Shown one piece after another: positions 1 through 15,254 of a stretch of DNA of 64,000 nt. This stretch comes from Balanoglossus misakiensis (Eukaryota > Animalia > Hemichordata), in the NCBI GenBank assembly GCA_040954595.2, contig CM082590.2:3472001-3536000 (forward strand), written 5' to 3'. The notes below the pieces were generated by a model that saw nothing but the letters and a program-made list of their open reading frames with translations, did not search any database and was not told where the DNA came from. A program made the translations under genes and the position numbers. Numbering within the stretch: position 1 is the stretch's first letter; each line of letters opens with the position of its first letter.

Positions 1-625
1 CAAAATCCAATATGGCCGCCATAATCTTCGACCAATCACATTCCCCTTCGCAAACTTGATAGACATCTGTTTAATGACCACACACACCAAATCTTGTGAC
101 TCGGTTATCGCCCGTTCTTGAGAAGAAGATTTTTGAAATTTTACTAGGGTTTTTCGAAAATCCAATATGGCCGCCAAAATCTTCGACCAATCACAATGAT
201 CTTCGCAAACTTGATAGACATCAGGTAGGTGACCACATACACCAAACCCCATGTCTCGGTTATTGCCGGTTCTGGAGAAGAAGATTTTTGAAATTTAAGC
301 CAGATTTCAGAAAAAAAATTGTAGCAAAAAACTGCAACTTTGTCAGCATAATTTCCAATTACAAAAATGATGGGCAGAAGGTAGTCTACCAGCATGCCAA
401 ATTTGAAGTCGATCTGACTTGTAGTTTCTGAGATCTGAGATTTGCATTTTTTTAGAAAATCCAAGATGGCTGCCAGGTCACGTGACTAATTAAAAATTCA
501 AGGGTTCAATGCACGACTACTCATTGACCTTGACCACTGTAGCAAGTTTCAGAAGTGTACCTGCAGCGGTGTCTGAGATCTCGTGGGTCAAAGAATTGAC
601 ACAAGAATAAAGAAAGAAAGAAAGT

Positions 626-783
626 AAAATTCCAACGAAACCAATACGGGCCCAAGCCTGGCTTGGCTTGGGCCCGTAAAAACCCCAACGAAACCAATAG
701 GGCCCAAGCGCTGGTATGCGCTTGGGCCCTAAAAACCCCAACGAAACCAATAGGGCCCAAGCGCTGGCTTGCGCTTGGGCCCT
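626..783. repeat. Cluster of 3 terminal hairpin modules
   Basis: Three copies of CCAACGAAACCAATA(C)GGGCCCAAGC-loop-GCTTGGGCCC(G)TA. Confidence 0.95.
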
Positions 784-3700
784 AATTAAAGCTGCAAGCA
801 GCATTGTCCGGGCCCAAGCTCTATTATCTGATCTGATTATTAGATATGCACATAATTAATGAGTAGAAATATAATGCTGTGTTTTATCCCATGAAATATC
901 AAGGTTATATCTATGTTTGGTGTTGACATAATGTTAAGTAGGTCAAAGGTCACCAGAGGTCACCCACAATTTGGGCAGAAAATTTTGACCCATAGTGGTC
1001 CATGTCCAACAAAAACCAGACCTCTAGCCCTTTTGGTTAGCCCGGAAATAGGTATGCACATAAATAATGAGTAAAGCAGGTGTCACAGGTGACCCAAAAC
1101 TTTGGCTTTTCATTATGGCCCCATACCTCCAAACGCCAAGGCTGTATCTGCTGTGAATGTCGAGATATGCAAAAGTAGGTCAAAGGTCACCCGAGGTCAC
1201 CCAACATTTGGGCAAGAAAATTTTGACCCATAGTGGTCCATGTCCAACAAAAACCAGACCTCTAGCCATATTGGTTCGCCTGTAATTAGCTATGCACATA
1301 ATAAATGAGGTCAGCAGAGGTCACAGGTGACCCAAAACTTTGGCTTTTCAATATGGCCCCATATCTCCAAATGCCAAGGCTGTACCTGCTTTGGATGCCG
1401 AGATATGCAAAAGTAGGTCAAAGGTCACCCGAGGTCACCCAACATTTGGGCAAAATATTTTGACCCCATACTGGTCCATGTATAACAAAAACAAAACCTC
1501 TAGGTCTATTGGTTCATCTGTAATTAGGTATGCGCATATTTAATGAGGTCACCAGAGGTCAAAGGGGTCATGAAAAGTAGCAAAATTTTTTGATCACATA
1601 CAAATCCACATACATCAAAAACCAAACTTATAGCCCTATTGGTTAGCCTGGAATTAGATATGCAGAAAAATGATTCGTCAAAAGTAGGTCAAAGGTCATT
1701 GCCAAAATTACCAAAATATTTACAGCTTATTCTTGTCATATGATGATTCATATCCATATAAAGAATTTCTGTGCTATCAATTTTTAGGCTAGAAAAGGAA
1801 TTTTTACTTTTTAATCGTTTTTCACAAAATCCAATATGGCCGCCATAATCTTTGACCAATCACATTCCCCTTCGCAAACTTGATAGACATCTATTTAATG
1901 ACCACACACACCAAATCTTGTGACTCGGTTATCGCCCGTTCTGGAGAAGAAGATTTTTGAAGTTTTACTATGGTTTTTCGAAAATCCAATATGGCCGCCA
2001 TAATCTTCGACCAATCACAATGATCTTCGCAAACTTGATAGACATCAGTTAGGTGACCACATACCCCAAACGGCGTGACTCGGTTATCGCCGGTTCTGGA
2101 GAAGAAGATTTTTGAAATTTTGACCAGATTTCAGAAAAACAACTGTAGCAAAAAAACTGCAACATTGACAGCAAAATATCCAATTACAAAAATGATGGGC
2201 AGAGGGTATACTACCAGCACGCCAAATCTGAACTCGATCTGACTTGTAGTTTCTGAGATCTGAGATTTGCATTTTTTCAGAAAATCCAATATGGCCGCCA
2301 TGTCACGTGACTAATTAAGTATTCACAAGTCACTGCACATCTACTCATTGACCTTGACCACTGTAGCAAGTTTGAGAACTGTACCTGCAGCGGTGTGTGA
2401 GATCTAGAGCGCGAAAGGAGTGAACCAAGAATAAAGAAAGAAAGAAAGAAAGAAAGAAAGATTAAAGCTGCAAGCAGCATTGTCCGGGCCCAATCTCTAT
2501 TATCTGATCTGATGCTGATATAGTGTTAAGTAGGTCAAAGGTCACCCGAGGTCACCCAACATTTGGGCAAAATATTTTGACCCGATACTGGTCCATGTAT
2601 AACAAAAACAAAACCTCTAGGTCTATTGGTTCATCTGTAATTAGGTATGTGCATATTTAATGAGGTCAGCAGAGGTCAAAGGGGTCATGAAAAGTAGCAA
2701 AAATATTTGATCACATACAAATCCACATACATCAAAAACCATAATGATAGCCTTAAAGGTTAGCCTGGAATTAGATATGCAGAAAAATGATGCGTCAAAA
2801 GTAGGTCAAAGGTCATTGCCAAAATTACCAAAATATTTATAGCTTATTCTTGGCATATGATGATTCATATCCATAAAAACAATTTCTGTGCTATCAATTT
2901 TTAGGCTAGAAAAAGAATTTTTACTTTTTAATCGTTTTTCACAAAATCCAATATGGCCGCCATAATCTTCGACCAATCACATTCATCTTCGCAAACTTGA
3001 TAGACATCTGTTTAATGACCACACACACCAAATCTTGTGACTCAGTTATCGCCGGTTCTTGAGAAGAAGATTTTTGAAATTTTACTAAGGTTTTTCGAAA
3101 ATCCAATATGGCCGCCATAATCTTCGACCAATCACAATGATCTTCGCAAACTTGATTGACCTCAGTTTGGTGACCACATATCTCAAACCGCGTGACTCGG
3201 TTATCGCCAGTTCTGGAGAAGAAGATTTTTGAAATTTTGACCAGATTTCAGAAAAACAACTGTAGCAAAAAAACTGCAACATTGACAGCAAAATATCCAA
3301 TTACAAAAATGATGGGTAGAAGGTAGACTACCTGCACACCAAATTTGAAGTCGATCTGACTTGTAGTTTCTGAGATCTGAGATTTGCATTTTTTCAGAAA
3401 ATCCAAGATGGCCGCCAGGTCACGTGACTAATTAAAAATTCAAGGGTTCAATGCACGACTACTCATTGACCTTGACCACTGTAGCAAGTTTGAGAAGTGT
3501 ACCTGCAGCAGTGTCTGAGATCTAGAGCGACAAAGAATTGACACAAGAATAAAGAAAGAATTAAAGCTGCAAGCAGCATTGTCCGGGCCCAAGCTCTATT
3601 ATCTGATCTGATTATTAGATATGCACATAATTAATGAGTAGAAACATAATGCTGTGTTTTATCCCATGAAATATCAAGTTTATATCTATGTTTGGTGTTG

Positions 3701-4991
3701 ATATAGTGTTAAGTAGGTCAAAGGTCACCCAGAGGTCACCCACAATTTGGGCAGAAAATTTTGACCCATAGTGGTCCATGTTCAACAAAAACCAGATCTC
3801 TAGCCCTTTTGGTTAGCCCGTAATTAGGTATGCACATAAATAATGAGTTAAGCAGGTGTCACAGGTGACCAAAAACTTTGGCTTTTCATTATGGCCCCAT
3901 ACCTCCAAACGCCAAGGCTGTATCTGCTGTGGATGTCAAGATATGGAAAAGTAGGTCAAAGGTCACCCGAGGTCACCCAACATTTGGGCAAAATATTTTG
4001 ACCCCATAGTGGTCCATGTATAACAAAAACAAAATCTCTAGGTCTATTGGTTCATCTGTAATTAGGTATGTGCATATTTAATGAGGTCAGCAGATGTCAA
4101 AGGGGTCATGAAAAGTATCAAAATTTTTTGATCACATACAAATCCACATACATCAAAAACCAAACTTATAGCCCTATTGGTTAGCCTGGAATTAGATATG
4201 CAGAAAAAGGATGCGTCAAAAGTAGGTCAAAGGTCATTGTCAAAATTACCAAAATATTTATAGCTTATTCTTGTCATATGATGATTCATATCCTTAAAAA
4301 GAATTTATGTGCTATCAATTTTTAGGCCAGAAAGGGAATTTTTACTTTTTAATGGTTTTTCACAAAATCCAATATGGCCGCCATAATCTTCGACCAATCA
4401 CATTCTTCTTAGCAAACTTGATAGACATCTTTTTAATGACCACACACACCAAATCTTGTGACTCGGTTATCGCCGGTTCTTGAGAAGAAGATTTTTGAAA
4501 TTTTACTAGGGTTTTTCGAAAATCCAATATGGCCGCCATAATCTTCGACCAATCACAATGATCTTCGCAAACTTGATAGACATCAGTTAGGTGACCACAT
4601 ACACCAAACCCTGTGTCTCGGTTATCACCGGTTCTGGAGAAGAAGATTTTTGAAATTTAAGCCAGATTTCAGAAAAAAAATTGTAGCAAAAAACTGCAAC
4701 TTTGTCAGCATAATTTCCAATTACAAAAATGATGGGCAGAAGGTAGTCTACCAGCATGCCAAATTTGAAGTCGATCTGACTTGTAGTTTCTGAGATCTGA
4801 GATTTGCATTTTTTCAGAAAATCCAAGATGGCCGCCAGGTCACGTGACTAATTAAAAATTCAAGGGTTCAATGCACGACTACTCATTGACCTTGACCACT
4901 GTAGCAAGTTTCAGAAGTGTACCTGCAGCGGTGTCTGAGATCTCGTGGGTCAAAGAATTGACACAAGAATAAAGAAAGAAAGAAAGAAAGT

Positions 4992-5043
4992 AAAATTCCA
5001 ACGAAACCAATACGGGCCCAAGCCTGGCTTGGCTTGGGCCCGT
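4992..5043. repeat. Single terminal hairpin module
   Basis: CGGGCCCAAGCCTGGCTTGGCTTGGGCCCG within a (GAAA)n tract. Confidence 0.95.
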
Positions 5044-7898
5044 AAAGAAAGAAAGAAAGAAGAATTAAAGCTGCAAGCAGCATTGTCCGGGCCCAAGCTC
5101 TATTATCTGATCTGATTATTAGATATGCACATAATCAATGAGTAGAAACATAATGCTGTGTTTTATCCCATGAAATATCAAGGTTATATCTGTTTGGTGC
5201 TGATATAGTGTTAAGTAGGTCAAAGGTCACCCAGGGGTCACCCACAATTTTGGCAGAACATTTTGACCCATAGTGGTCCATGTATAACAAAAACAAAACC
5301 TCTAGCCCTTTTGGTTAGCCCAGAATTAGGTATGCACATAAATAATGAGTCAAGCAGGTGTCACAGGTCACCCAAAACTTTGTCTTTTCCGTATGGCCCC
5401 ATACATGTACCTCCAAACGCCAAGGCTGTATCTGCTGTGGATGTCGAGATATGCAAAAGTAGGTCAAAGGTCATCCGAGGTCACCCAACATTTGGGCAAA
5501 ATATTTTGACCCCATACTGGTCCATGTATAACAAAAACAAAACCTCTAGGTCTATTGGTTCATCATTAATTAGGTATGCGCATATTTAATGAGGTCACCA
5601 GAGGTCAAAGGGGTCATGAAAAGTAGCAAAATTTTTTGATCACATACAAATCCACATACATCAAAAACCAAACTTATAGCCCTATTGGTTAGCCTGGAAT
5701 TAGATATGCAGAAAAATGATGCGTCAAAAGTAGGTCAAAGGTCATTGCCAAAATTACCAAAATATTTATAGCTTATTCTTGTCATATGATGATTCATACC
5801 CATTAAAAGAATTTCTGTGCTATCAATTTTTAGGCTAGAAAAGGAATTTTTACTTTTTAATTGTTTTTCACAAAATCCAATATGGCCGCCATAATCTTCG
5901 ACCAATCACATTCCCCTTCGCAAACTTGATAGACATCTGTTTAATGACCACACACACCAAATCTTGTGACTCGGTTATCGCCCGTTCTTGAGAAGAAGAT
6001 TTTTGAAGTTTTACTATGGTTTTTCGAAAATCCAATATGGCCGCCATAATCTTCGACCAATCACAATGATCTTCGCAAACTTGATAGACATCAGTTAGGT
6101 GACAACATACCTCAAACCGCGTGACTCAGTTATCACCGGTTCTGGAGAAGAAGATTTTTGAAATTTAAGCCAGATTTCAGAAAAAAAATTGTAGCAAAAA
6201 AACTGCAACATGTACAGCAAAATATCCAATTACAAAAATGATGGGTAGAAGGTAGACTACCTGCACACCAAATTTGAAGTCGATCTGACTTGTAGTTTCT
6301 GAGATCTGAGATTTGCATTTTTTCAGAAAATCCAATATGGCCGCCAGGTCACGTGACTAATTAAAAATTCAAGGGTTCAATGCACGACTACTCATTGACC
6401 TTGACCACTGTAGCAAGTTTCAGAAGTGTACTTGCACCGGTGTCTGAGATCTAGAGCGACAAAGAATTGACAGAAGAATAAAGAAAGAATTAAAGCTGCA
6501 AGCAGCATTGTCGGGCCCAAGCGCTGATCTTGAATTATATATGCACAGTATGAATGAGAAGAAACATAATTTTGTATCGGGTGTATTATCTCATGACATA
6601 ACAAGGGCGTATGTATTTTTGCTGCTGAAATAGGGTAAAGTAGGTCAAAGGTCACCTGAGGTCATCCAACATTTGGGCAAAAAATTTTGACCCATGCTGG
6701 GCCATGTCCAACAAAAACCAAAACTCTAGCTCTATTGGTTCGCATGTAATTAGGTATGTGCATATTTAATGAGGTCTGCAGGTGTCACAGGTGAGCCAAA
6801 AATTTGGCTTTACATTTAGGTCCCATCCTGCCAAATGCCAAGGCTGTATCTGCTCTGGATGTTGAGATATGCGAAAGTAGGTCAAAGGTCACCAGAGGTC
6901 ACCCAACATTTAGGCAAAAAAATTTGATCCCATACAGGTCCATGTCCAACAAAAACCAAACCTCTAGCTCTATTGGTTCGCCTGTAATTAGCTATGCACA
7001 TAATTAATGAGGTAAGCAGAGGTCAAAGGGGTCATGGAAAGTAGCAAAATATTTTGATCACACACTTATCCACATGCATCAAAAACCAAACATCTAGCCC
7101 TATAGGTTAGCCTGGAATTAGATATGCAGAAATAATAACATATGAAAAGTAGGTCAAAGGTCATGTGAAAAATCGCCAAAAATTTGTAACATATTTTAGT
7201 CACATGACGATCGATATCCATACAAAGAATTTCTATGCTATCAATGTTTAGAGTAGAAAAAGGAATTTCAATTTTTCAATGCTTTTTACAAAATCCAATA
7301 TGGCCGCCATAATCTTCGACCAATCACAATGTTCTTTGCAAACTTGATAGACATCAGTGTAGTGACCATACTCCCCGAATCTTGTGACTCAGTTATCGCC
7401 CGTTCTGGAGAAGAAGATTTGGGGAGTTTTACTATGGTTTTTCGAAAATCCAATATGGCCGCCATAATCTTTGACCAATCACAATGATCTTCGCAAACTT
7501 GATAGACCTCAATTAGGTGACCCCATACCCCAAACCGCGTGACTCTGTTATCGCCGGTTCTGGAGAAGAAGATTTTTGAAATTTTGACCAGATTTCAGAA
7601 AAACAACTGTAGCAAAAAAACTGCAACATTGACAGCAAAATATCCAATTACAAAAATGATGGGCAGAAGGTACACTACCAGCACGCCAAATCTGAAGTAA
7701 ATCTGACTTGTAGTTTCTGAGATCTGAGATTTGCATTTTTTCAGAAAATCCAATATGGCCGCCATGTCACGTGACTAATTAAAAATTCATGGGTTCAATG
7801 CACGACTACTCATTGACCTTGACCACTGTAGCAAGTTTGAGAACTGTACCTGCAGCGGTGTCTGAGATCTAGAGCGATAAAAAATGGACAGGAGAATA

Positions 7899-7931
<33 letters not shown>

Positions 7932-10711
7932 TAAAGCTGCAAGCAGCATTGTCCGGGCCCAAGCTCTATTATCTGGTCTGATTATTAGAAATGCACATAA
8001 TTAATGAGTAGAAACATAATGCTGTGTTTTATCCCATGAAATATCAAGGTTATATCTATGTTTGGTGTTGATATAGTGTTAAGTAGGTCAAAGGTCACCC
8101 AGAGGTCACCCACAATTTGGGCAGAAAATTTTGACCCATAGTGGTCCATGTCCAACAAAAACCAGACCTCTAGCCCTTTTGGTTAGCCCGGAATTAGGTA
8201 TGCAGATAAATAATGCGTAAAGCAGGTGTCACAGATGACCCAAAACTTTGGCTTTTCATTATGGCCCCATACCTCCAAATGTCAAGGCTGTACCTGCTTT
8301 GGATGCCGAGATATGCAAAAGTAGGTCAAAGGTCATCTGAGGTCATCCAAAATTTGGGCAGAAAATTTTGACTCATAGTGGTCCATGTCCAACAAAAACC
8401 AGACCTCTAGCCCTTTTGGTTAGCCCGGAATTAGGTATGCACATAAATAGTGAGTAAAGCAGGCGTCACAGGTGACCCAAAACTTTGGCTTTTCATTATG
8501 GCCCCATACCTCCAAATGCCAAGGCTGTGCCTGCTTTGGATGCTGAGATATGCAAAAGTAGGTCAAAGGTCATCTGAGGTCATCCAAAATTTGGGCAAAA
8601 AATTTTGACCCCATACTGGTCCATGTCCAACAAAAACCAAACCTCTAGCTCAATTGGTTCGCCTGTAATTAGCTATGCACATAATTAATGAGGTCAGCAG
8701 AGGTCAAAGGGGTCATGAAAAGTAGCAAAATATTTTGATCACACACTAATCCACATTCATCAAAAACCAAACGTCTAGCCCTACAGGTTAGCCTGGAATT
8801 AGATATGCAGAAATAATAACGTGTGATAAGTAGGTCAAAGGTCATGTGAAAAATCGCCAAAAATTTGTAACATATTGTAGTCATATGACGATTGATATCC
8901 ATAAAAAGAATTTGTATGCTATTAATTTTTATACTAGAAAAAGGAATTTTAATTTTTCACTGCTTTTTACAAAATCCAATATGGCCGCCATAATCTTCGA
9001 CCAATCACATTCCTCTTCCCAAACTTGATAGACATCTGTTTAATGAACACACACACCAAATCTTGCGACTCGGTTATCGCCGGTTCTTGAGAAGAAGATT
9101 TTTGAAATTTTACTAGGGTTTTTCGAAAATCCAATATGGCCGCCATAATCTTCGACCAATCACAATGATCTTCGCAAACTTGATAGACATCAGTTAGGTG
9201 ACCACATACCCCAAACCCCGTGTCTCGGTTATCACCGGTTCTGGAGAAGAAGATTTTTGAAATTTAAGCCAGATTTCAGAAAAAAAAATTGTAGCAAAAA
9301 AACTGCAACTTTGTCAGCATAATTTCCAATTACAAAAATGATTGACAGAAGGTAGTCTACCTGCACGCCAAATTTGAAGTTGATCTGACTTGTAGTTTCT
9401 GAGATCTGAGATTTGCATTTTTTCAGAAAATCCAAGATGGCCGCCAGGTCATGTGACTAATTAAAAATTCATGGGTTCAATGCACGACTACTCATTGACC
9501 TTGACCACTGTAGCAAGTTTGAGAACTGTACCTGCAGTGGTGTCTGAGATCTAGAGCGACAAAGAATTGACAGAAGAATAAAGAAAGAAGAAGGAAAGAC
9601 AGATTAAAGCTGCAAGCAGCATTGTCCGGGCCCAAGCTCTATTATCTGATCTGATGCTGATATAGTGTTAAGTAGGTCAAAGGTCACCCGAGGTCACCAA
9701 ACATTTGGGCAAAATATTTTGACCCGATACTGGTCCATGTATAACAAAAACAAAACCTCTAGGTCTATTGGTTCATCTGTAATTAGGTATGTGCATATTT
9801 AATGAGGTCAGCAGAGGTCAAAGGGGTCATGAAAAGTAGCAAAAATTTTTGATCACATACAAATCCACATACATCAAAAACCAAAATGATAGCCTTAAAG
9901 GTTAGCCTGGAATTAGATATGCAGAAAAATGATGCATCAAAAGTAGGTCAAAGGTCATTGCCAAAATTACCAAAATATTTATAGCTTATTCTTGGCATAT
10001 GATGATTCATATCCATAAAAAGAATTTCTGTGCTATCAATTTTTAGGCTAGAAAGGGAATTTTTACTTTTTAATCGTTTTTCACAAAATCCAATATGGCC
10101 GCCATAATCTTCGACCAATCACATTCCCCTTCGCAAACTTGATAGACATCTGTTTAATGACCACACACACCAAATCTTGTGACTCAGTTATTGCCGGTTC
10201 TTGAGAAGAAGATTTTTGAAATTTTACTAGGGTTTTTCGAAAATCCAATATGGCCGCCATAATCTTCGACCAATCACAATGATCTTCGCAAACTTGATAG
10301 ACCTCAGTTTGGTGACCACATACCCCAAACCGCGTGACTCGGTTATCGCCGGTTCTGGAGAAGAAGATTTTTGAAATTTTGACCAGATTTCAGAAAAACA
10401 ACTGTAGCAAAAAAACTGCAACATTGACAGCATAATTTCCAATTACAAAAATGTTTGACAGAAGGTGGTCTACCTGCACGCCAAATTTGAAGTCAATCTG
10501 ACTTGTAGTTTCTGAGATCTGAGATTTGCATTTTTTCAGAAAATCCAAGATGGCCGCCAGGTCATGTGACTAATTAAAAATTCATGGGTTCAATGCACGA
10601 CTACTCATTGACCTTGACCACTGTAGCAAGTTTGAGAACTGTACCTGCAGTGGTGTCTGAGATCTAGAGCGACAAAGAAATGACACAAGAATAAAGAAAG
10701 AAAGAAGAAAG

Positions 10712-10949
10712 AAAAACCCCAACGAAACCAATAGGGCCCAAGCGCTGGTATGCGCTTGGGCCCTAAAAAACCCCAACGAAACCAATAGGGCCCAAGCGCT
10801 GGCTTGCGCTTGGGCCCTAAAAAACCCCAACGAAACCAATAGGGCCCAAGCGCTTGCTTGCGCTTGGGCCCTAAAGAAAGAAAGAAGGAAAGACAGAAAA
10901 ACCCCAACGAAACCAATAGGGCCCAAGCGCTGGCTTGCGCTTGGGCCCT
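10712..10949. repeat. Cluster of 4 terminal hairpin modules
   Basis: Hairpins at 10734, 10788, 10842 and 10919. Confidence 0.95.
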
Positions 10950-13900
10950 AATTAAAGCTGCAAGCAGCATTGTCCGGGCCCAAGCTGTATTATCTGATCA
11001 GATTATTAGATATGCACATAATTAATGAGTAGAAACATAATGCTGTGTTTTATCCCATGAAATATCAAGGTTATATCTATGTTTGGTGTTGATATAGTGT
11101 TAAGTAGGTCAAAGGTCACCCAGAGGTCACCCACAATTTGGGCAGAAAATTTTGACCCATAGTGGTCCATGTCCAACAAAAACCAGACCTCTATCCCTTT
11201 TGGTTAGCCCGGAATTAGGTATGCACATAAATAATGAGTTAAGCAGGTGTCACAGGTGACCCAAAACTTTGGCTTTTCATTATGGCCCCATACCTCCAAA
11301 CGCCAAGGCTGTATCTGCTGTGGATGTCGAGATATGCAAAAGTAGGTCAAAGGTCATCCGAGGTCACCCAACATTTGGGCAAAAAATTTGACCCAATACT
11401 GGTTCATGTCCAACAAAAACCAAACCTCTAGGTCTATTGGTTCATCTGTAATTAGGTATGCGCATATTTAATGAGGTCAGCAGAGGTCAAAGGGGTCATG
11501 AAAAGTAGCGAAATTTGTTGATCGCATACAAATCCACATACATCAAAAACCAAACTTATAGCCCTATTGGTTAGCCTGGAATTAGATATGCAGAAAAATG
11601 ATGCGTCAAAAAGTAGGTCAAAGGTCATTGCCAAAATTACCAAAATATTTATAGCTTATTCTTGGCATATGATGATTCATATCCATAAAAAGAATTTCTG
11701 TGCTATCAATTTTTAGGCTAGAAAGGGAATTTTTACTTTTTAATCGTTTTTCACAAAATCCAATATGGCCGCCATAATCTTCGACCAATCACATTCATCT
11801 TCGCAAACTTGATAGACATCTGTTTAATGACCACACACACCAAATCTTGTGACTCAGTTATCGCCGGTTCTTGAGAAGAAGATTTTTGAAATTTTACTAG
11901 GGTTTTTCGAAAATCCAATATGGCCGCCAAAATCTTCGACCAATCACAATGATCTTCGCAAACTTGATAGACCTCAGTTTGGTGACCACATACCCCAAAC
12001 CGCGTGACTCGGTTATCGCCGGTTCTGGAGAAGAAGATTTTTGAAATTTTGACCAGATTTCAGAAAAACAACTGTAGCAAAAAAACTGCAACATTGACAG
12101 CATAATTTCCAATTACAAAAATGTTTGCCAGAAGGTAGTCTACCTGCACGCCAAATTTGAAGTCGATCTGACTTGTAGTTTCTGAGATCTGAGATTTGCA
12201 TTTTTTCAGAAAATCCAAGATGGCCGCCAGGTCATGTGACTAATTAAAAATTCATGGGTTCAATGCACGACTACTCATTGACCTTGACCACTGTAGCAAG
12301 TTTGAGAACTGTACCTGCAGTGGTGTCTGAGATCTAGAGCGACAAAGAAATGACAGAAGAATAAAGAAAGAAGAAAGAAAGAAAGACAGAATTAAAGCTG
12401 CAAGCAGCATTGTCCGGGCCCAAGCTCTATTATCTGATCAGATTATTAGATATGCACATAATTAATGAGTAGAAACATAATGCTGTGTTTTATCCCATGA
12501 AATATCAAGGTTATATCTATGTTTGGTGTTGATATAGTGTTAAGTAGGTCAAAGGTCACCCAGAGGTCACCCACAATTTGGGCCGAAAATTTTGATCCAT
12601 AGTGGTCCATGTCCAACAAAAACCAGACCTGTAGCCCTTTTGGTTAGCCCGGAATTAGGTATGCACATAAATAATGAGTTAAGCAGGTGTCAAAGGTGAC
12701 CCAAAACTTTGGCTTTTCATTATGGCCCCATACCTCCAAACGCCAAGGTTGTATCTGCTGTGGATGTCGAGATATGCAAAAGTAGGTCAAAGGTCACCCG
12801 AGGTCACCCAACATTTGGGCAAAATATCTTGACCCCATACTGGTCCATGTATAACAAAAACAAAACCTCTAGGTCTATTGGTTCATCATTAATTAGGTAT
12901 GCGCATATTTAATGAGGTCACCAGAGGTCAAAGGGGTCATGAAAAGTAGCAACATTTTTTGATCACATACAAATCCACATACATCAAAAACCAAACTTAT
13001 AGCCCTATTGGTAAGCCTGGAATTAGATATGCAGAAAAATGATGCGTCAAAAGTAGGTCAAAGGTCATTGCCAAAATTACCAAAATATTTATAGCTTATT
13101 CTTGTCATATGATGATTCATATCCATAAAAAGAATTTCTGTGCTATCAATTTTTAGGCTAGAAAAGGAATTTTTACTTTTTAATCGTTTTTCACAAAATC
13201 CAATATGGCCGCCATAATCTTCAACCAATCACATTCCCCTTCGCAAACTTGATAGACACCTGTTTAATGACCACACACACCAAATCTTGTGACTCGGTTA
13301 TCGCCCGTTCTTGAGAAGAAGATTTTTGAAGTTTTACTATGGTTTTTCGAAAATCCAATATGGCCGCCATAATCTTCGACCAATCACAATGATCTTCGCA
13401 AACTTGATAGACATCAGTTAGGTGACCACATACCCCAAACCGCGTGACTCAGTTATCACCGGTTCTGGAGAAGAAGATTTTTGAAATTTAAGCCAAATTT
13501 CAGAAAAAAAATTGTAGCAAAAAAACTGCAACATTTACAGCAAAATATCCAATTACAAAAATGATGGGTAGAAGGTAGACTACCTGTACACCAAATTTGA
13601 AGTCGATCTGACTTGTAGTTTCTGAGATCTGAGATTTGCATTTTTTCAGAAAATCCAATATGGCCGCCAGGTCACGTGACTAATTAAAAATTCACAGGTT
13701 CAATGCACGACTACTCATTGACCTTGACCACTGTAGTAAGTTTCAGAAGTGTACCTGCTGCGGTGTCTGAGATCTAGAGCGACAAATAATTGACACAAGA
13801 ATAAAGAAAGAAAGAAAGAAAGATTAAAGCTGCAAGCAGCATTGTCCGGGCCCAAGCTCTATTATCTGATCTGATTATTAGATATGCACATAATTAATGA

Positions 13901-15254
13901 GTAGAAACATAATGCAGTGTTTTATCCCATGAAATATCAAGGTTATATCTATGTTTGGTGCTGATATAGTGGTAAGTAGGTCAAAGGTCACCCAGGGGTC
14001 ACCCACAATTTGGGCAGAATATTTTGACCCATAGTGGTCAATGTCCAACAAAAACCAGACCTCTAGCCCTTTTGGTTAACCCGGAATTAGGTATTCACAT
14101 AAATAATGCGTAAAGCAGGTGTCACAGGTGACCCCACAACTTTGGCTTTTCATTATGGCCCCATACCTCCAAACGCCAAGGTTGTACCTGCTTTGGATGC
14201 TGAGATATGCAAAAGTAGGTCAAAGGTCATCTGAGGTCACCCAAAATTTGGGTAGAAAATTTTGACCCATAGTGGTCCATGTATAACAAAAACAAAACCT
14301 CTAGGTCTATTGGTTCATCTGTAATTAGGTATGCGCATATTTAATGAGGTCAGCAGAGGTCAAAGGGGTCATGAAAAGTAGCAAAAATTTTTGATCACAT
14401 ACAAAACCAAATACATCAAAAACCAAACTTATAGCCCTATTGGTTAGCCTGGAATTAGATATGCAGAAAAATGATGCGTCAAAAGTAGGTCAAAGGTCAT
14501 TGCCAAAATTACCAAAATATTTATAGCTTATTCTTGTCATATGATGATTCATATCCATAAAAAGAATTTCTGTGCTATCAATTTTTAGGCTAGAAACGGA
14601 ATTTTTACTTTTTAATCGTTGTTCACAAAATCCAATATGGCCGCCAAAATCTTCGACCAATCACAATGATCTTCGCAAACTTGATAGACATCAGTGTAGT
14701 GACCATACTCCCCAAATCTTGTGACTCGGTTATCGCTGGTTCTTGAGAAGAAGATTTTTGAAACTTTACTAGGGTTTTTCGAAAATCCAATATGGCCGCC
14801 ATAATCTTCGACCAATCACAATGATCTTCGCAAACTTGATAGACCTCAGTTTGGTGACCACATACCCCAAACCCAGTGTCTCGGTTATCACCGGTTCTGG
14901 AGAAGAAGATTTTTGAAATTTAAGCCAGATTTCAGAAAAAAAATTGTAGCAAAAAAACTGCAACTTTTTCAGCATAATTTCCAATTACAAAAATTATAAG
15001 CAGAAGGTAGTCTACCTGCACGCCAAATTTGAAGTCGATCTGACTTGTAGTTTCTGAGATCTGAGATTTGCATATTTTCAGAAAATCCAAGATGGCTGCC
15101 AGGTCATGTGACTAATTAGAAATTCAAGGGTTCAATGCACGACTACTCATTGACCTTGACCACTGTAGCAAGTTTCAGAAGTGTACCTGCAGTGGTGTCT
15201 GAGATCTAGAGCGACAAAGAATTGACACAAGAATAAAGAAAGAAGAAAGAAAGA